From an uncultured Pseudomonadales bacterium (GTDB lineage Bacteria > Patescibacteriota > Microgenomatia > UBA1400 > MFAQ01), in the NCBI GenBank assembly GCA_964541175.1, contig CAZIPD010000001.1, positions 17,832 through 51,862 of the forward strand: DNA of 34,031 nucleotides, given 5' to 3'. This document shows positions 7,838-17,934 of this stretch, in pieces (position 1 is the stretch's first letter; each line of letters opens with the position of its first letter). The notes below the pieces were generated by a model. That model was not told the DNA's origin, searched no databases, and saw nothing but the letters and a program-made list of their open reading frames with translations. The position numbers and the translations under genes are program-made.

Positions 7838-10800
7838 ATGATTAAACCAATCAATCGCGAAAACTGGGGAAAAGTTACCCCAAAATTAGAACAAATTGAT
7901 CTCACTCAGATCCAAACAGACTCGTACAAACAATTCCTCGAAGAAGGTATAAGCGAATCTCTCACGGAACTAAACCCCATCAAAGATTTCACCGGAAAAG
8001 TATTTGAATTCGAATTTATCTCATCCCGCGTCGGTCTTCCCAAAATTACCCCCAAAGTCGCCATCGAAAAAGGTGTTACCTTTGAATCTCCTCTTTGGGC
8101 GACCGTCAAGCTCACCAATCTCCACTCAAAAGCCACTCAGCAACAGGAAATATTCTTAGGGGACATCCCCATGATGACCAATACCGGCACCTTCATCATT
8201 AATGGTGTTGAACGTGTCGTCGTCAATCAGGTCGTCCGTTCTCCCGGCGTTTACTTCACTCGTGAAGTAGATCCTCATTCTGGTCGTGCCCTTCACCAGG
8301 CCGAGATCCGCCCTATGCGTGGTTCCTGGCTTGAAGTTATTGTTTCTCGCAACGACCATCTCTCCGTCAGGATCGATCGCCACCGTAAGATCTCCGCAAC
8401 TACCCTTATAAGAGCTCTCGGTTTCTCTGAGAACGCTCAAATTCAGGAACTCTTTAACGATGTCGACACCAATAAAGATCACCAATACGTCGCCACCACC
8501 CTCCTTAAAGATACCTCCACTAACACCGAAGAAGCTCTTCTCGAGTTCTACCAAAAAATTCGTCCCGGCGAACCAGCCGTCCTTGAGAATGCCAAAGCCC
8601 TTATCCACCAAATGTTCTTCGATGCCCGACGCTACAACCTCGGCTTGGTCGGTCGCTACAAACTTAATCGCAAATTAGGCACCAAGACTCCCATCGACAA
8701 GCAACACATCACCCTCTCCACAGATGACGTCATTGGCTCCATTAGATATCTCATCGGACTTCAAAATGGCAAAGGTAAGATTGACGACATCGATCACCTC
8801 GCCAACCGCCGTATCCGTTGCGTCGGTGAACTCGTCAACCAAACAGCCTTCAAAGTCGGTCTTTTACGCCTTGAACGTTCAATAAAAGAGAAGATGTCCC
8901 TTGCCAAACCCGACGAACTTCCTACTCCCGCAGCCTTCGTCAATCCCCGTCCTATCATCTCATCCATCACCGAATTCTTCCGTAGGAACAGACTTTCCTC
9001 GATCCTCGATCAGGTCAATCCTCTCTCGGAAATCGACAACCTTAGACGTATCTCCGTCATGGGTCCCGGCGGTATCACCCGAGAACGCGCCAGCTTCTCC
9101 ATGCGTGATATTCACTCATCTCAATACTCCCGTACCTGTCCGGTCCGTTCTCCCGAAGGCCCGAACATTGGCTTGGTCACTTACCTGGCTCTCTACACTC
9201 GTGTCAACGACTACGGCTTTCTCGAAGCTCCTTACCTCAGAGTCAACAAAGAGACTCAAAATGGCAAGACGGTTATGCGTATTTCCGATGAAGTTGTCTA
9301 TCTCGCTGCCGATGACGAAGAAGACGTCTACGTTACTCATGCCGGTGTCGACCGCGAAGGCGATATCATTACTCAAAAATGGGTTCCGGTACGTTACATG
9401 GGGAAATTCATCGAAGCCGACGCTACCTTAGTTCAATATATCGATGTTGTTCCTCGTCAGGTTATCGGTACCTCGGCTGCTCTGATTCCTTTCATTCAGC
9501 AAGATGAAGGTACTCGTGCCCTCATGGGAACTCACCATCTAACTCAGGCTCTTCCTTTGGTCAAACCTTCTGCTCCTGTAGTCGGAACGGGTATGGAAGC
9601 CATGGTTGCCGAATCGATGGGTTGGGTCGTCCGCGCTCGTCACTCAGGTGAAGTAATCGCCTCAGACGCCGCTCACATCGACATCAAACTGGAAAACGAA
9701 GACGCCAAATCGGCTGCACTCGAGATTTCTCCTTATGAATATGGTTTTGTCGAAGTCAATAAGGGTGTGGAAACTTACCACCTCAGAAAATACTACGGTA
9801 CTTCACAGGACACTTGCTACAACCAAACTCCCATCGCCAATGTTGGTGACAAAGTCAAAAAGGGTGACATTATCATCAACGGTCCGGCCGCAGAAAATGG
9901 AGAACTGGCCCTTGGTCAGAACCTTACCATTGCCTACGCTGCCTTCGAAGGACTTGGTTATGAAGACGCCGTTGTCATTTCCGATCGTTGTGTCAAAGAA
10001 GATCTTCTCTCCAGTATCTCCATCCACGAGCACGTCTGTGACGTCATGGATACCAAGCTTGGACCTGAAGAACTCACCAGAGATATCCCCAACGTCGCCG
10101 AAACCGATCTCAGAAATCTTGGACCCGATGGAGTCATTGCCATAGGATCAAGTGTTGGTCCAAATGACATCCTCGTAGGTAAAATTGCCCCTAAGGGCGA
10201 GACCGAACTCACCGCTGAAGAGCGTTTGCTCAGAGCCATCTTCGGAGAAAAAGCTCGCGAAGTTCGCGACACTTCTCTCAGAATGCCCCATGGTGAGCAA
10301 GGTACCGTCATCTCAGTTCAAATTCTTGATCGTGAAGGTGGAGATGAACTCGACTCAGGCGTCATCAAACAGATCAAGATCAGAGTTGCACAATTAAGAA
10401 AGATCACCGTCGGTGATAAAGTTGCCGGACGTCACGGAAACAAAGGAGTTATCTCCAAGATCGTTTCCCAAGCCGACATGCCATATCTCCCCGATGGTAG
10501 TCCCGTAGATATCATCATTTCTCCTCTTTCTGTTCTCGCTCGTATGAACCTTGGTCAGCTCATCGAAGCCCAGCTGGGTTACGCCGCCACCAAACTCAAC
10601 AAGAAGATTGCCGTTCCCGTTTTTGAGAACGTCGAAGAGGCAAGAATAGAAAACCTTCTTAGCGAAGCAGGACTTCCTGTAACAGGCAAGACTCAACTCT
10701 ATGATGGACGCACAGGTCTTCCTTTCGAGCAAGAAACGGCAGTCGGAGTCGGTTACATCATCAAACTCAACCACATGGTTGAGGACAAGACCCATGCCCG

Positions 10801-11290
10801 TTCAATTGGACCTTACTCCTTGGTTACTCAACAGCCCTTGGGTGGTAAAGCTCAAATGGGAGGTCAGCGTTTGGGAGAAATGGAAGTCTGGGCCCTCGAA
10901 GCTCATAAGGCTGCCTACACTCTCCAAGAAATGCTTACCCTCAAGTCGGACGACGTTGTCGGCCGTTCCAAAGCTTTTGAAGCTATCGTTAAGGGAGAAG
11001 AAATTCCTATGTCCTCTGTCCCGGAATCCTTCAAGGTTCTGGTCAAGGAACTGAACTCGCTCTCTCTCGCCGTTATTCCCACAGGTAACATTGTCTCCGA
11101 AGAGGTCGTCGAGACGGCTGTTAAACCGGAGATCGCTGCAGTACTCACCGAAGAGACAACTCCGCTTGTCGCTGAAGAAGAAGTCACGGCTCCCGCAGAT
11201 GAATACGAAGTGGAAGATCTTGAAGAAGAAGGCGCCGAAGCCGGTGGCTTTAAACAACAAGAAGAGGTAGAAGCTGATAACAGTAATTAA
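7838..11290 (+). CDS. rpoB: DNA-directed RNA polymerase subunit beta
   Basis: GTFIINGVERVVV, PEGPNIGL, GDKVAGRHGNKG, GGQRLGEMEVWALEA, LTLKSDD. Confidence 0.99.
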   Translation: MIKPINRENWGKVTPKLEQIDLTQIQTDSYKQFLEEGISESLTELNPIKDFTGKVFEFEFISSRVGLPKITPKVAIEKGVTFESPLWATVKLTNLHSKATQQQEIFLGDIPMMTNTGTFIINGVERVVVNQVVRSPGVYFTREVDPHSGRALHQAEIRPMRGSWLEVIVSRNDHLSVRIDRHRKISATTLIRALGFSENAQIQELFNDVDTNKDHQYVATTLLKDTSTNTEEALLEFYQKIRPGEPAVLENAKALIHQMFFDARRYNLGLVGRYKLNRKLGTKTPIDKQHITLSTDDVIGSIRYLIGLQNGKGKIDDIDHLANRRIRCVGELVNQTAFKVGLLRLERSIKEKMSLAKPDELPTPAAFVNPRPIISSITEFFRRNRLSSILDQVNPLSEIDNLRRISVMGPGGITRERASFSMRDIHSSQYSRTCPVRSPEGPNIGLVTYLALYTRVNDYGFLEAPYLRVNKETQNGKTVMRISDEVVYLAADDEEDVYVTHAGVDREGDIITQKWVPVRYMGKFIEADATLVQYIDVVPRQVIGTSAALIPFIQQDEGTRALMGTHHLTQALPLVKPSAPVVGTGMEAMVAESMGWVVRARHSGEVIASDAAHIDIKLENEDAKSAALEISPYEYGFVEVNKGVETYHLRKYYGTSQDTCYNQTPIANVGDKVKKGDIIINGPAAENGELALGQNLTIAYAAFEGLGYEDAVVISDRCVKEDLLSSISIHEHVCDVMDTKLGPEELTRDIPNVAETDLRNLGPDGVIAIGSSVGPNDILVGKIAPKGETELTAEERLLRAIFGEKAREVRDTSLRMPHGEQGTVISVQILDREGGDELDSGVIKQIKIRVAQLRKITVGDKVAGRHGNKGVISKIVSQADMPYLPDGSPVDIIISPLSVLARMNLGQLIEAQLGYAATKLNKKIAVPVFENVEEARIENLLSEAGLPVTGKTQLYDGRTGLPFEQETAVGVGYIIKLNHMVEDKTHARSIGPYSLVTQQPLGGKAQMGGQRLGEMEVWALEAHKAAYTLQEMLTLKSDDVVGRSKAFEAIVKGEEIPMSSVPESFKVLVKELNSLSLAVIPTGNIVSEEVVETAVKPEIAAVLTEETTPLVAEEEVTAPADEYEVEDLEEEGAEAGGFKQQEEVEADNSN

Positions 11291-11308
11291 AACTAACTAA
11301 CTGAACAA

Positions 11309-14300
11309 ATGAACAACATCGTCGACTTTACCGGACTCCAGATCAGACTCGCCTCACCCGACGAGATCAAGAAATGGTCTCACGGACAAGTAACCAAGCC
11401 GGAAACTATTAACTATCGTACTCAGAAACCAGAAAAAGACGGACTTTTCTGCGAACGCATCTTTGGTCCTACCAAGGACTGGGAGTGTTATTGTGGAAAA
11501 TACAAAAGAGTTCGCTTCAAAGGCATTGTCTGTGATAAATGTGGCGTCGAAGTCACCCTCAGTCGTGTCAGACGTGAACGCATGGGTCACATCGACCTCG
11601 CCGCTCCCGTATCTCACGTTTGGTTCTTCAAAGGTGCTCCCAGCAAGCTAAGTCTTTTACTGGATATTTCTCCCAAGGCCTTAACTTCGGTCATCTATTT
11701 CTCAAAATATCTCGTCATGAGGGTTAACGAAGAGGGTAGAGAAGCCGCCAAAAATAACATACTTCAACAAAGAGAAGCCAAGTTGGTGGAAGTCAGAGCC
11801 AATTTCGACAAACAGATAGAAGATCTCAAGGATAAGGGCTTGGTTGAACTTAAGGATCTAAAAAAGAAGATCAAGGTCAAAGATGAATTCGAAATGAAGG
11901 CCGAGGATCTCAAAGTCCAGACCAAACAAAGAATTGCCCAGATGAGAGAGCAGATGGTTGTCGAGCTTGCCGTTACCGAAGAGATTTACAACAAATTGGA
12001 ATCCCTCGTTGATCGCATCAGAGCCAACTCTCTTCTCGCCGATGCCGAGTTCGCCAAACTGGAAGAATATAGCCTCGCCGATTGGATCGACGCCGGTATG
12101 GGTTCGGAATCTCTCCTCACCGCTCTCCAGCAGATCAACCTTGATGACCTGGTAGCCACCCTAAAAGAAGACCTGAACTCCAACTCTGAAGCCAAGAGAC
12201 TAAAGGCTACCAAGAGACTACAGGTTGCCCGTGGATTGCTCGATGCCAAAATTAGACCGGAATGGATGATCCTCCGTGTCCTTCCCGTCATTCCCCCTGA
12301 TCTCCGTCCTATGGTCCAGCTCTCTGGTGGCCGTTTCGCCGCCTCAGACCTTAACGATCTATACAGAAGGGTTATCAATCGTAATAACCGTCTGAAACAC
12401 CTCATCGACCTTGGTGCTCCCGAGATCATTTTAAGGAACGAGAAACGCATGCTCCAAGAGGCCGTCGATTCGTTAATTGACTCCTCACAAGCTCGCTCAT
12501 CTCGCCGCTCTCGTGCCGGAAAGACCCTCAAATCCCTTTCCGATATGCTCCGCGGAAAACAAGGTCGCTTCCGTCAGAACCTTCTTGGAAAACGCGTTGA
12601 CTACTCCGGTCGTTCCGTTATCGTCGTTGGCCCAGAGCTCAAACTCAACCAATGCGGTCTTCCCAAAGACATGGCTCTTGAGATGTTCAAACCCTTTGTT
12701 CTCCATGAGCTCATCAAACAGGACATGGCTCCTAACGTCAAAGCCGCTAAAGCCATCATCGAAAAACGTCAGCCCGAGGTTTACGATATCTTGGAAAATA
12801 TCACCAAAAAGCACCCGGTCCTCCTAAACCGTGCTCCCACGCTTCACAAACTTTCCATCCAAGCCTTCTGGCCTAAGCTGATCGATGGCGCTGCTATTCG
12901 TCTTCACCCTGTTGTCTGTGGCGGTTTCAATGCTGACTTCGACGGTGACCAAATGGCTGTCCACGTTCCTTTGACCAAGAAATCCATTCGCGAAGCCAAG
13001 AAACACATGCTTCCTCAGTTCAACCTTCTCAAACCATCACAAGGCAGCCCGGCATCAATTCCTGATTCCAAAGAAATGGCTATCGGTGTTTACTACCTCA
13101 CCTCTCTCGATGAAAATCTTACTCCTTACGCCATGCCTTTCGGAACCCAAGCAGAAGTTATCACCGCTTATCAATCAGGAGCTATCAAAGTTCGCCAAGC
13201 GATCGACGTCCGTTTAAGTCCCGACAACAAGGAATTCACCCGCACCACCGCAGGCAGGATACTCTTTAATAAAATTCTTCCTGAAGAATGGGAATTCCTC
13301 AATAAGAATCTTCCCAGAAAAGAGATTTCCGCCATGTTCCACAGGGCGATCAAAGAACTCGAAGTAAAACGTGTTGTCAAGTTAATCGACGCCGTCAAAG
13401 ACATCGGTTTTGATTACGCCACCGTTTCCGGTCTCTCGTTCGCCATCTCCGATAACGAAATGTATCCGGATAAGGCAGCTGTCATCGAAGAAGGAAACCA
13501 AAAAGCCAAAGAGATTGAAGAAAACTTCAGGCTCGGTCTTATTACCGACGACGAACGCAGAAAACTTACTATCCAAATGTGGATGGACACGGCAGAAGAT
13601 CTCGCCGAAAAGACCTGGAATACCTTTGCTCCCACCAATCCAATTCGTCTAATCATCGACACAGGCATGGGACGTATCACCAAGAACACAGTCAAACAAC
13701 TCTCTGCTATGCGTGGTATCAACGTTGATCCTTTAGGTAACTTTGTTGAGTTGCCTACCAAAGGAAACTTCCGCGAAGGTCTTTCTATCTTCGAATACGT
13801 TACCTCTGTCCGTGGTTCAAGAAAAGGTCTAACGGATACTGCTCTTCGTACCGCTGATGCCGGTTATCTTACCCGTCGTCTTGTCGACGTCAGTCATGAC
13901 GCCATTATCAGAGCCGAAGACTGTGGTACCGAAGACTTCATCACTATTTCCTCTGAAGGCGAGCGCGCCAAGGCTTTTGGAAAACGTATCGTCCATCGCT
14001 TAGTCGTCAAAAAAGTTACTCACCCTGAGACCAAAAAGGTCATGGTTGAAGCCGGAGGAACGATCACCGAAGAGATCGCGGCCGCAATTGAGGCAGCTGG
14101 GGTCAAAGAAGTTGACGTCAGATCTCCCCTTACTTGTAAATTAAGATTCGGTCTTTGTGCCGCTTGTTACGGTCATAATCTGGCCAATAACCAACCAGCC
14201 AAGATAGGTGATCCTGCAGGTGTTCTGGCCGCTCAGTCTATTGGTGAACCTGGAACTCAGCTAACAATGCGTACCAAACACTCTGGAGGTGTCGCCGGTG

Positions 14301-15022
14301 TTGACGTTACTCAGGGTCTACCCCGTGTCACCGAACTTTTCGAAGTTCGCACTCCTAAACTGGTCGCTCCTATGGCCGAGGTCTCCGGAAAAGTGAAGGT
14401 CACCGAAACCGACAATGGTAATTTGGTCACCGTTACTCCAACCGGCAAAGCTGGAAAAGAAGATCGTAAAGAATATCTTATTCCTCTCGCCATGCCTCTT
14501 AAAGTTGAAGATGGTGGTCTTGTATCCGTCGGAACTCAACTGGCTACGGGTGGTGTCGACATCAAGTCCCTCCTCAGGATAAAAGGCCTGAGAGCTTCTC
14601 AGATCTACCTTATCCACGAGATCCAGGGTATTTATGAATCTCAAGGTATCGGTATCCACGACAAACACTTTGAGGTCATCGTCCGCAAGATGTGTGACTA
14701 TGTCCGCATTGATAATGTCGGCGATACATCACTGGTTGCCGGAGATGTCATCTCTCGAGGATCATACGAAATGGCCAACGAAGCCGCCATTGCTCAAGGT
14801 GGAGAACCCGCAACCGCTACCAGCTTGATCTTAGGTACTATTAGAGCTGCGCTTCACACCGACTCCTGGCTCTCCGCCGCTTCATTCCAGGACACCACCA
14901 GTGTTTTGACGGACTCTGCAGTCCAAGGTAGGATCGACCACTTGATCGGTATGAAAGAGAACGTTATCATCGGCCGCCTGGTCCCCACCAGCAAGAGTCG
15001 TGCCAGGATTGAAAATATCTGA
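11309..15022 (+). CDS. rpoC: DNA-directed RNA polymerase subunit beta'
   Basis: Zn ribbon (CYCGK..CDKCG), NADFDGD catalytic motif, [32 protein letters not shown]. Confidence 0.99.
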   Translation: MNNIVDFTGLQIRLASPDEIKKWSHGQVTKPETINYRTQKPEKDGLFCERIFGPTKDWECYCGKYKRVRFKGIVCDKCGVEVTLSRVRRERMGHIDLAAPVSHVWFFKGAPSKLSLLLDISPKALTSVIYFSKYLVMRVNEEGREAAKNNILQQREAKLVEVRANFDKQIEDLKDKGLVELKDLKKKIKVKDEFEMKAEDLKVQTKQRIAQMREQMVVELAVTEEIYNKLESLVDRIRANSLLADAEFAKLEEYSLADWIDAGMGSESLLTALQQINLDDLVATLKEDLNSNSEAKRLKATKRLQVARGLLDAKIRPEWMILRVLPVIPPDLRPMVQLSGGRFAASDLNDLYRRVINRNNRLKHLIDLGAPEIILRNEKRMLQEAVDSLIDSSQARSSRRSRAGKTLKSLSDMLRGKQGRFRQNLLGKRVDYSGRSVIVVGPELKLNQCGLPKDMALEMFKPFVLHELIKQDMAPNVKAAKAIIEKRQPEVYDILENITKKHPVLLNRAPTLHKLSIQAFWPKLIDGAAIRLHPVVCGGFNADFDGDQMAVHVPLTKKSIREAKKHMLPQFNLLKPSQGSPASIPDSKEMAIGVYYLTSLDENLTPYAMPFGTQAEVITAYQSGAIKVRQAIDVRLSPDNKEFTRTTAGRILFNKILPEEWEFLNKNLPRKEISAMFHRAIKELEVKRVVKLIDAVKDIGFDYATVSGLSFAISDNEMYPDKAAVIEEGNQKAKEIEENFRLGLITDDERRKLTIQMWMDTAEDLAEKTWNTFAPTNPIRLIIDTGMGRITKNTVKQLSAMRGINVDPLGNFVELPTKGNFREGLSIFEYVTSVRGSRKGLTDTALRTADAGYLTRRLVDVSHDAIIRAEDCGTEDFITISSEGERAKAFGKRIVHRLVVKKVTHPETKKVMVEAGGTITEEIAAAIEAAGVKEVDVRSPLTCKLRFGLCAACYGHNLANNQPAKIGDPAGVLAAQSIGEPGTQLTMRTKHSGGVAGVDVTQGLPRVTELFEVRTPKLVAPMAEVSGKVKVTETDNGNLVTVTPTGKAGKEDRKEYLIPLAMPLKVEDGGLVSVGTQLATGGVDIKSLLRIKGLRASQIYLIHEIQGIYESQGIGIHDKHFEVIVRKMCDYVRIDNVGDTSLVAGDVISRGSYEMANEAAIAQGGEPATATSLILGTIRAALHTDSWLSAASFQDTTSVLTDSAVQGRIDHLIGMKENVIIGRLVPTSKSRARIENI

Positions 15023-15041
15023 TAAAATACACCTTCGTAAT

Positions 15042-15458
15042 ATGCCTACAATCAATCAGTTAATCAAATCAGGACGCAAGCCGGTCGCTAAAAAAATTAA
15101 AGCCACAGCACTTCGCAAAAGCTTTAACTCGATCAAGCGCAGAATGGTCTCTACCCTAAACCCCCAAAAAGCGGGTGTCTGTCTCCAGGTCAAAACGATG
15201 ACTCCTAAGAAACCTAACTCGGCTCTTCGTAAAATTGCCAGGGTCAGGCTCAGCAACAAACAAGAAGTCACCGCCTACATCATGGGAGAAGGTCACAATC
15301 TTGCCGAGCACTCGATCGTTCTTGTCAGAGCCGGACGTGTCAGAGACCTTCCTGGTGTTAAGTACCACATTATCAGAGGTAAACTGGACGCCGGAGGTGT
15401 AGACAAACGTCGCACTAGCAGAAGCAAATACGGTCAAAAAAGACCATCAGCCAAATAA
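15042..15458 (+). CDS. rpsL: 30S ribosomal protein S12
   Basis: MPTINQL start at 15042 (not 15000); [11 protein letters not shown]; [12 protein letters not shown]. Confidence 0.98.
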   Translation: MPTINQLIKSGRKPVAKKIKATALRKSFNSIKRRMVSTLNPQKAGVCLQVKTMTPKKPNSALRKIARVRLSNKQEVTAYIMGEGHNLAEHSIVLVRAGRVRDLPGVKYHIIRGKLDAGGVDKRRTSRSKYGQKRPSAK

Positions 15459-15470
15459 ACAGACAATAAT

Positions 15471-15947
15471 ATGAGATCAAAAAAAACACCCCTCAAGCCA
15501 ATCATTGTTGACCCGGTCTACAGTAGCCCTCTGGTGGCAAAGATCGTCAACGGTGTCATGCAAGACGGTAAAAAGAGCGTCGCCGAAAAAATCGTTTACA
15601 AAGCGATTGAGATCGTTGCCGAACAATCGGGTAAAAGCGGTATCGAATATCTCTCCGAAGCAGTGGACAACGTCAAACCCACCATTGAAGTTCGCTCTCG
15701 TCGTGTCGGCGGAGCCTCATATCAGGTTCCTACTCCTATTCGTCCCGAGCGTCGTGACTCTTTGGCTATCCGCTGGATACTAAATGGAGCCAAAGCCAGA
15801 TCGAACAATCCTTACAGGACATTCGCTGAAAAACTCGCTGCCGAGCTTGCTGAAGCCCACGAAAACCAGGGTGCCGCCGTCAAGAAAAAGCTTGATACCC
15901 ACAAGATGGCCGAAGCCAACAAGGCTTTCGCCCACTTTAGATGGTAA
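15471..15947 (+). CDS. rpsG: 30S ribosomal protein S7
   Basis: DGKKSVAEKIVY, EVRSRRVGGASYQVP, HKMAEANKAFAHFRW. Confidence 0.99.
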   Translation: MRSKKTPLKPIIVDPVYSSPLVAKIVNGVMQDGKKSVAEKIVYKAIEIVAEQSGKSGIEYLSEAVDNVKPTIEVRSRRVGGASYQVPTPIRPERRDSLAIRWILNGAKARSNNPYRTFAEKLAAELAEAHENQGAAVKKKLDTHKMAEANKAFAHFRW

Positions 15948-15965
15948 ATTGGAATTAATAGTTTC

Positions 15966-15998
15966 AACAAAGGAGCCTTTCAAGGGCTCTTTTTGTTT
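15966..15998 (+). terminator. intrinsic terminator after rpsG (potentially bidirectional)
   Basis: GAGCCTT-TCA-AGGGCTC followed by TTTTTGTTT and preceded by AACAAA. Confidence 0.8.
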
Positions 15999-16003
15999 CT
16001 GAC

Positions 16004-16031
16004 TTGCCTTTCTGCCCATAAGTGCTATAAT
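16004..16031 (+). promoter_or_regulatory. promoter for the DEAD-box helicase
   Basis: TTGCCT(16004-09)-16 bp-TATAAT(16026-31) with an extended TG (16023-24). Confidence 0.7.
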
Positions 16032-16038
16032 ACCCCAT

Positions 16039-16140
16039 ATTGTTCTTAGGCCAGGCAGTTAGCCCGGCTCGCGTAGACCCCCCTTTCCGGTTGTCTATCT
16101 TGAGTTTTCCTTTAGGACAATCCGGGAAGTTTTTCTTCCC
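16039..16140 (+). promoter_or_regulatory. structured 5' leader RNA (candidate cis-regulatory element)
   Basis: hand-identified stems: 16039-46/16114-21, 16049-56/16062-69, 16074-78/16093-97, 16124-29/16135-40; alternative stem 16087-95/16116-25. Confidence 0.5.
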
Positions 16141-16152
16141 CCAACAAAAAAT

Positions 16153-17349
16153 ATGTTTAAACCAACTCGTTTTGGTGGTCGTGGCGCTCGCCCCGGCAAC
16201 CGTCAACATGGATCTTTTGCTCCCAGAAGGAACAGATTCCAGCCTAAAAACCTAGATCCTAGGTTATTTATCAAGCCTGCTACTCCCGCTGAGGCGGCCG
16301 AAGTCAACATCGAAAATACATTTCAGGACTTTGGACTTCACGGAAAGTTGCTTGAGAATCTAACCATGAAAGGTTTTACCCAGCCCACTTCTATTCAGGA
16401 TAAAGCTCTGAAACCCGCTCTCAGCGGGTCTGATGTGCTGGGTTTGGCTGACACCGGTACCGGAAAAACTGCAGCTTTCGTACTTCCAATTCTCCAAAAA
16501 TTGATCGCGAATGATAATCAGACAGCTCTAATTATCGCTCCTACACGCGAGCTGGCAGTTCAGATCCGCGACGAGATTCGTACTCTCTCCAACGGTTTAC
16601 CCATTTATTCTTGTATCCTTATCGGTGGCTCCGACATTCGTCGCCAACTTGAAGATCTAAGACGCAGACCCCACATCTATATTGGCACTCCTGGACGTCT
16701 CAAAGACCTCTACAACCGCAAGGCCCTCCATCTTGGAAGCACCACTACCGTCGTCCTCGATGAAGTCGACCGCATGCTCGACATGGGTTTCATTAATGAC
16801 ATCACCACTATTTTGTCCTTTGTTCCCAAAGAAAGACAAACTCTTCTCTTCTCCGCGACGATCGACGCTCGCGTCGAAGGTATCGCCATGCGTTTTATGA
16901 ACAATCCAGTTAAGATCTCGGTCAAGACAGGACCTTCCTCACATAACGTTGAACAGAATATTATCCGTACCTCAGGATACAAAGACCAAAAAATGGACGT
17001 CCTTTCCGACTTGCTGTCCAAACAAGAATTCAAGAAAGTCCTCGTCTTTGGTCGTACCAAGTACGGAGTTGAAGAGATCTCCATTTCTCTTCAGAAAAGA
17101 GGTTTTAGCGCCGATGCCATTCATGGTAACAAACGCCAAAATCAACGTGAGAATGTTCTAAGAAAATTCAAGAATGACCAGATCAAAGTACTGGTTGCCA
17201 CGGACGTTGCCGCTCGCGGAATTGACGTCAAAGACATTACCCACGTCATCAACTTCGACCAACCGGGATCATACGACGACTACGTTCACCGTATCGGCCG
17301 TACTGGCAGAGCTGGTAAGACCGGTTTCGCCCTCACCTTCGTCGACTAA
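16153..17349 (+). CDS. DEAD-box ATP-dependent RNA helicase (RhlE/CshA-like)
   Basis: Q motif GFTQPTSIQ, ADTGTGKT, PTRELA, GTPGR, DEVD, SAT, ARGID, HRIGRTGRAG; basic RGG-containing N-terminus and no C-terminal extension. Confidence 0.97.
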   Translation: MFKPTRFGGRGARPGNRQHGSFAPRRNRFQPKNLDPRLFIKPATPAEAAEVNIENTFQDFGLHGKLLENLTMKGFTQPTSIQDKALKPALSGSDVLGLADTGTGKTAAFVLPILQKLIANDNQTALIIAPTRELAVQIRDEIRTLSNGLPIYSCILIGGSDIRRQLEDLRRRPHIYIGTPGRLKDLYNRKALHLGSTTTVVLDEVDRMLDMGFINDITTILSFVPKERQTLLFSATIDARVEGIAMRFMNNPVKISVKTGPSSHNVEQNIIRTSGYKDQKMDVLSDLLSKQEFKKVLVFGRTKYGVEEISISLQKRGFSADAIHGNKRQNQRENVLRKFKNDQIKVLVATDVAARGIDVKDITHVINFDQPGSYDDYVHRIGRTGRAGKTGFALTFVD

Positions 17350-17350
17350 G

Positions 17351-17380
17351 TTGACTTTGGGTCGAATAAGCCTATATAAT
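17351..17380 (+). promoter_or_regulatory. sigma70-type promoter
   Basis: TTGACT(17351-56)-18 bp-TATAAT(17375-80). Confidence 0.65.
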
Positions 17381-17411
17381 ACCCACATCTTGCACATTCA
17401 GACCTAACTAA

Positions 17412-17888
17412 ATGGAGGCTCCTTTGAACAGAGATGTAACCTTTATTATGGTCTCTCTCGCCATACTATTTCTCTTCCTTGCTCTGGGCTCGGCTCTTGG
17501 TTCGGTAATTCAAGAATCCCTGGGATACGACATCGAGGTGACTGAGCTTATGAAGGGAGAAAGGTTCGCCGTCTCTCCCCTGTCACCATCGACAAAGACG
17601 GCTCCGATTACCCTTTCTGCCAAGAGTGATGACATCTTCCTTTTCGCCGGAGAACAAGAGAAGGTAGCCATAGAGTCGGCTAAAGGCTTTTCACTCGAAA
17701 GTGAAGCCGTCACTGGTGAGTGGGAAGTAGCCGAAGGATTTGAAATTACCCTTAATATCCATTCGGACACTGCCCTCAAAGTCATCGTCGATAGAGGATT
17801 AAATTACGTCTTACCCTATATTTTCTTCCTCTTCATCGTCTTTCTTATGATCGAAGGCATATGGGTCTGGGCAATTTATGGTGACTAG
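17412..17888 (+). CDS. hypothetical membrane protein (N- and C-terminal TM helices around a beta-rich domain)
   Basis: hydrophobic segments at both ends; flanked by a promoter and a terminator. Confidence 0.75.
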   Translation: MEAPLNRDVTFIMVSLAILFLFLALGSALGSVIQESLGYDIEVTELMKGERFAVSPLSPSTKTAPITLSAKSDDIFLFAGEQEKVAIESAKGFSLESEAVTGEWEVAEGFEITLNIHSDTALKVIVDRGLNYVLPYIFFLFIVFLMIEGIWVWAIYGD

Positions 17889-17896
17889 TCACGTAC

Positions 17897-17921
17897 ACCT
17901 CTCCTCTCGGAGAGGTTTTTT
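17897..17921 (+). terminator. intrinsic terminator
   Basis: ACCTCTCC-TCTC-GGAGAGGT followed by TTTTT. Confidence 0.85.
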
Positions 17922-17929
17922 GTTACACT
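17921..17929 (+). promoter_or_regulatory. extended -10, probably leaderless start of the HAD-toxin pair
   Basis: TGtTACACT ending 5 nt before GTG 17935. Confidence 0.45.
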
Positions 17930-17934
17930 AAACT

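Noticed and set aside
15000-15041. N-terminal extension of S12 in the ORF track
   Set aside because: It overlaps the end of rpoC; the canonical MPTINQL start is at 15042.
16040-16255. 71-aa ORF as a possible leader peptide for the helicase
   Set aside because: TTG start, out-of-frame overlap with the helicase and no telling codon runs; RNA structure explains the region better.
17881-17892. Perfect 12-bp palindrome GTGACTAGTCAC at a stop codon
   Set aside because: Single occurrence with no matching site at the other cassette ends; could be chance.
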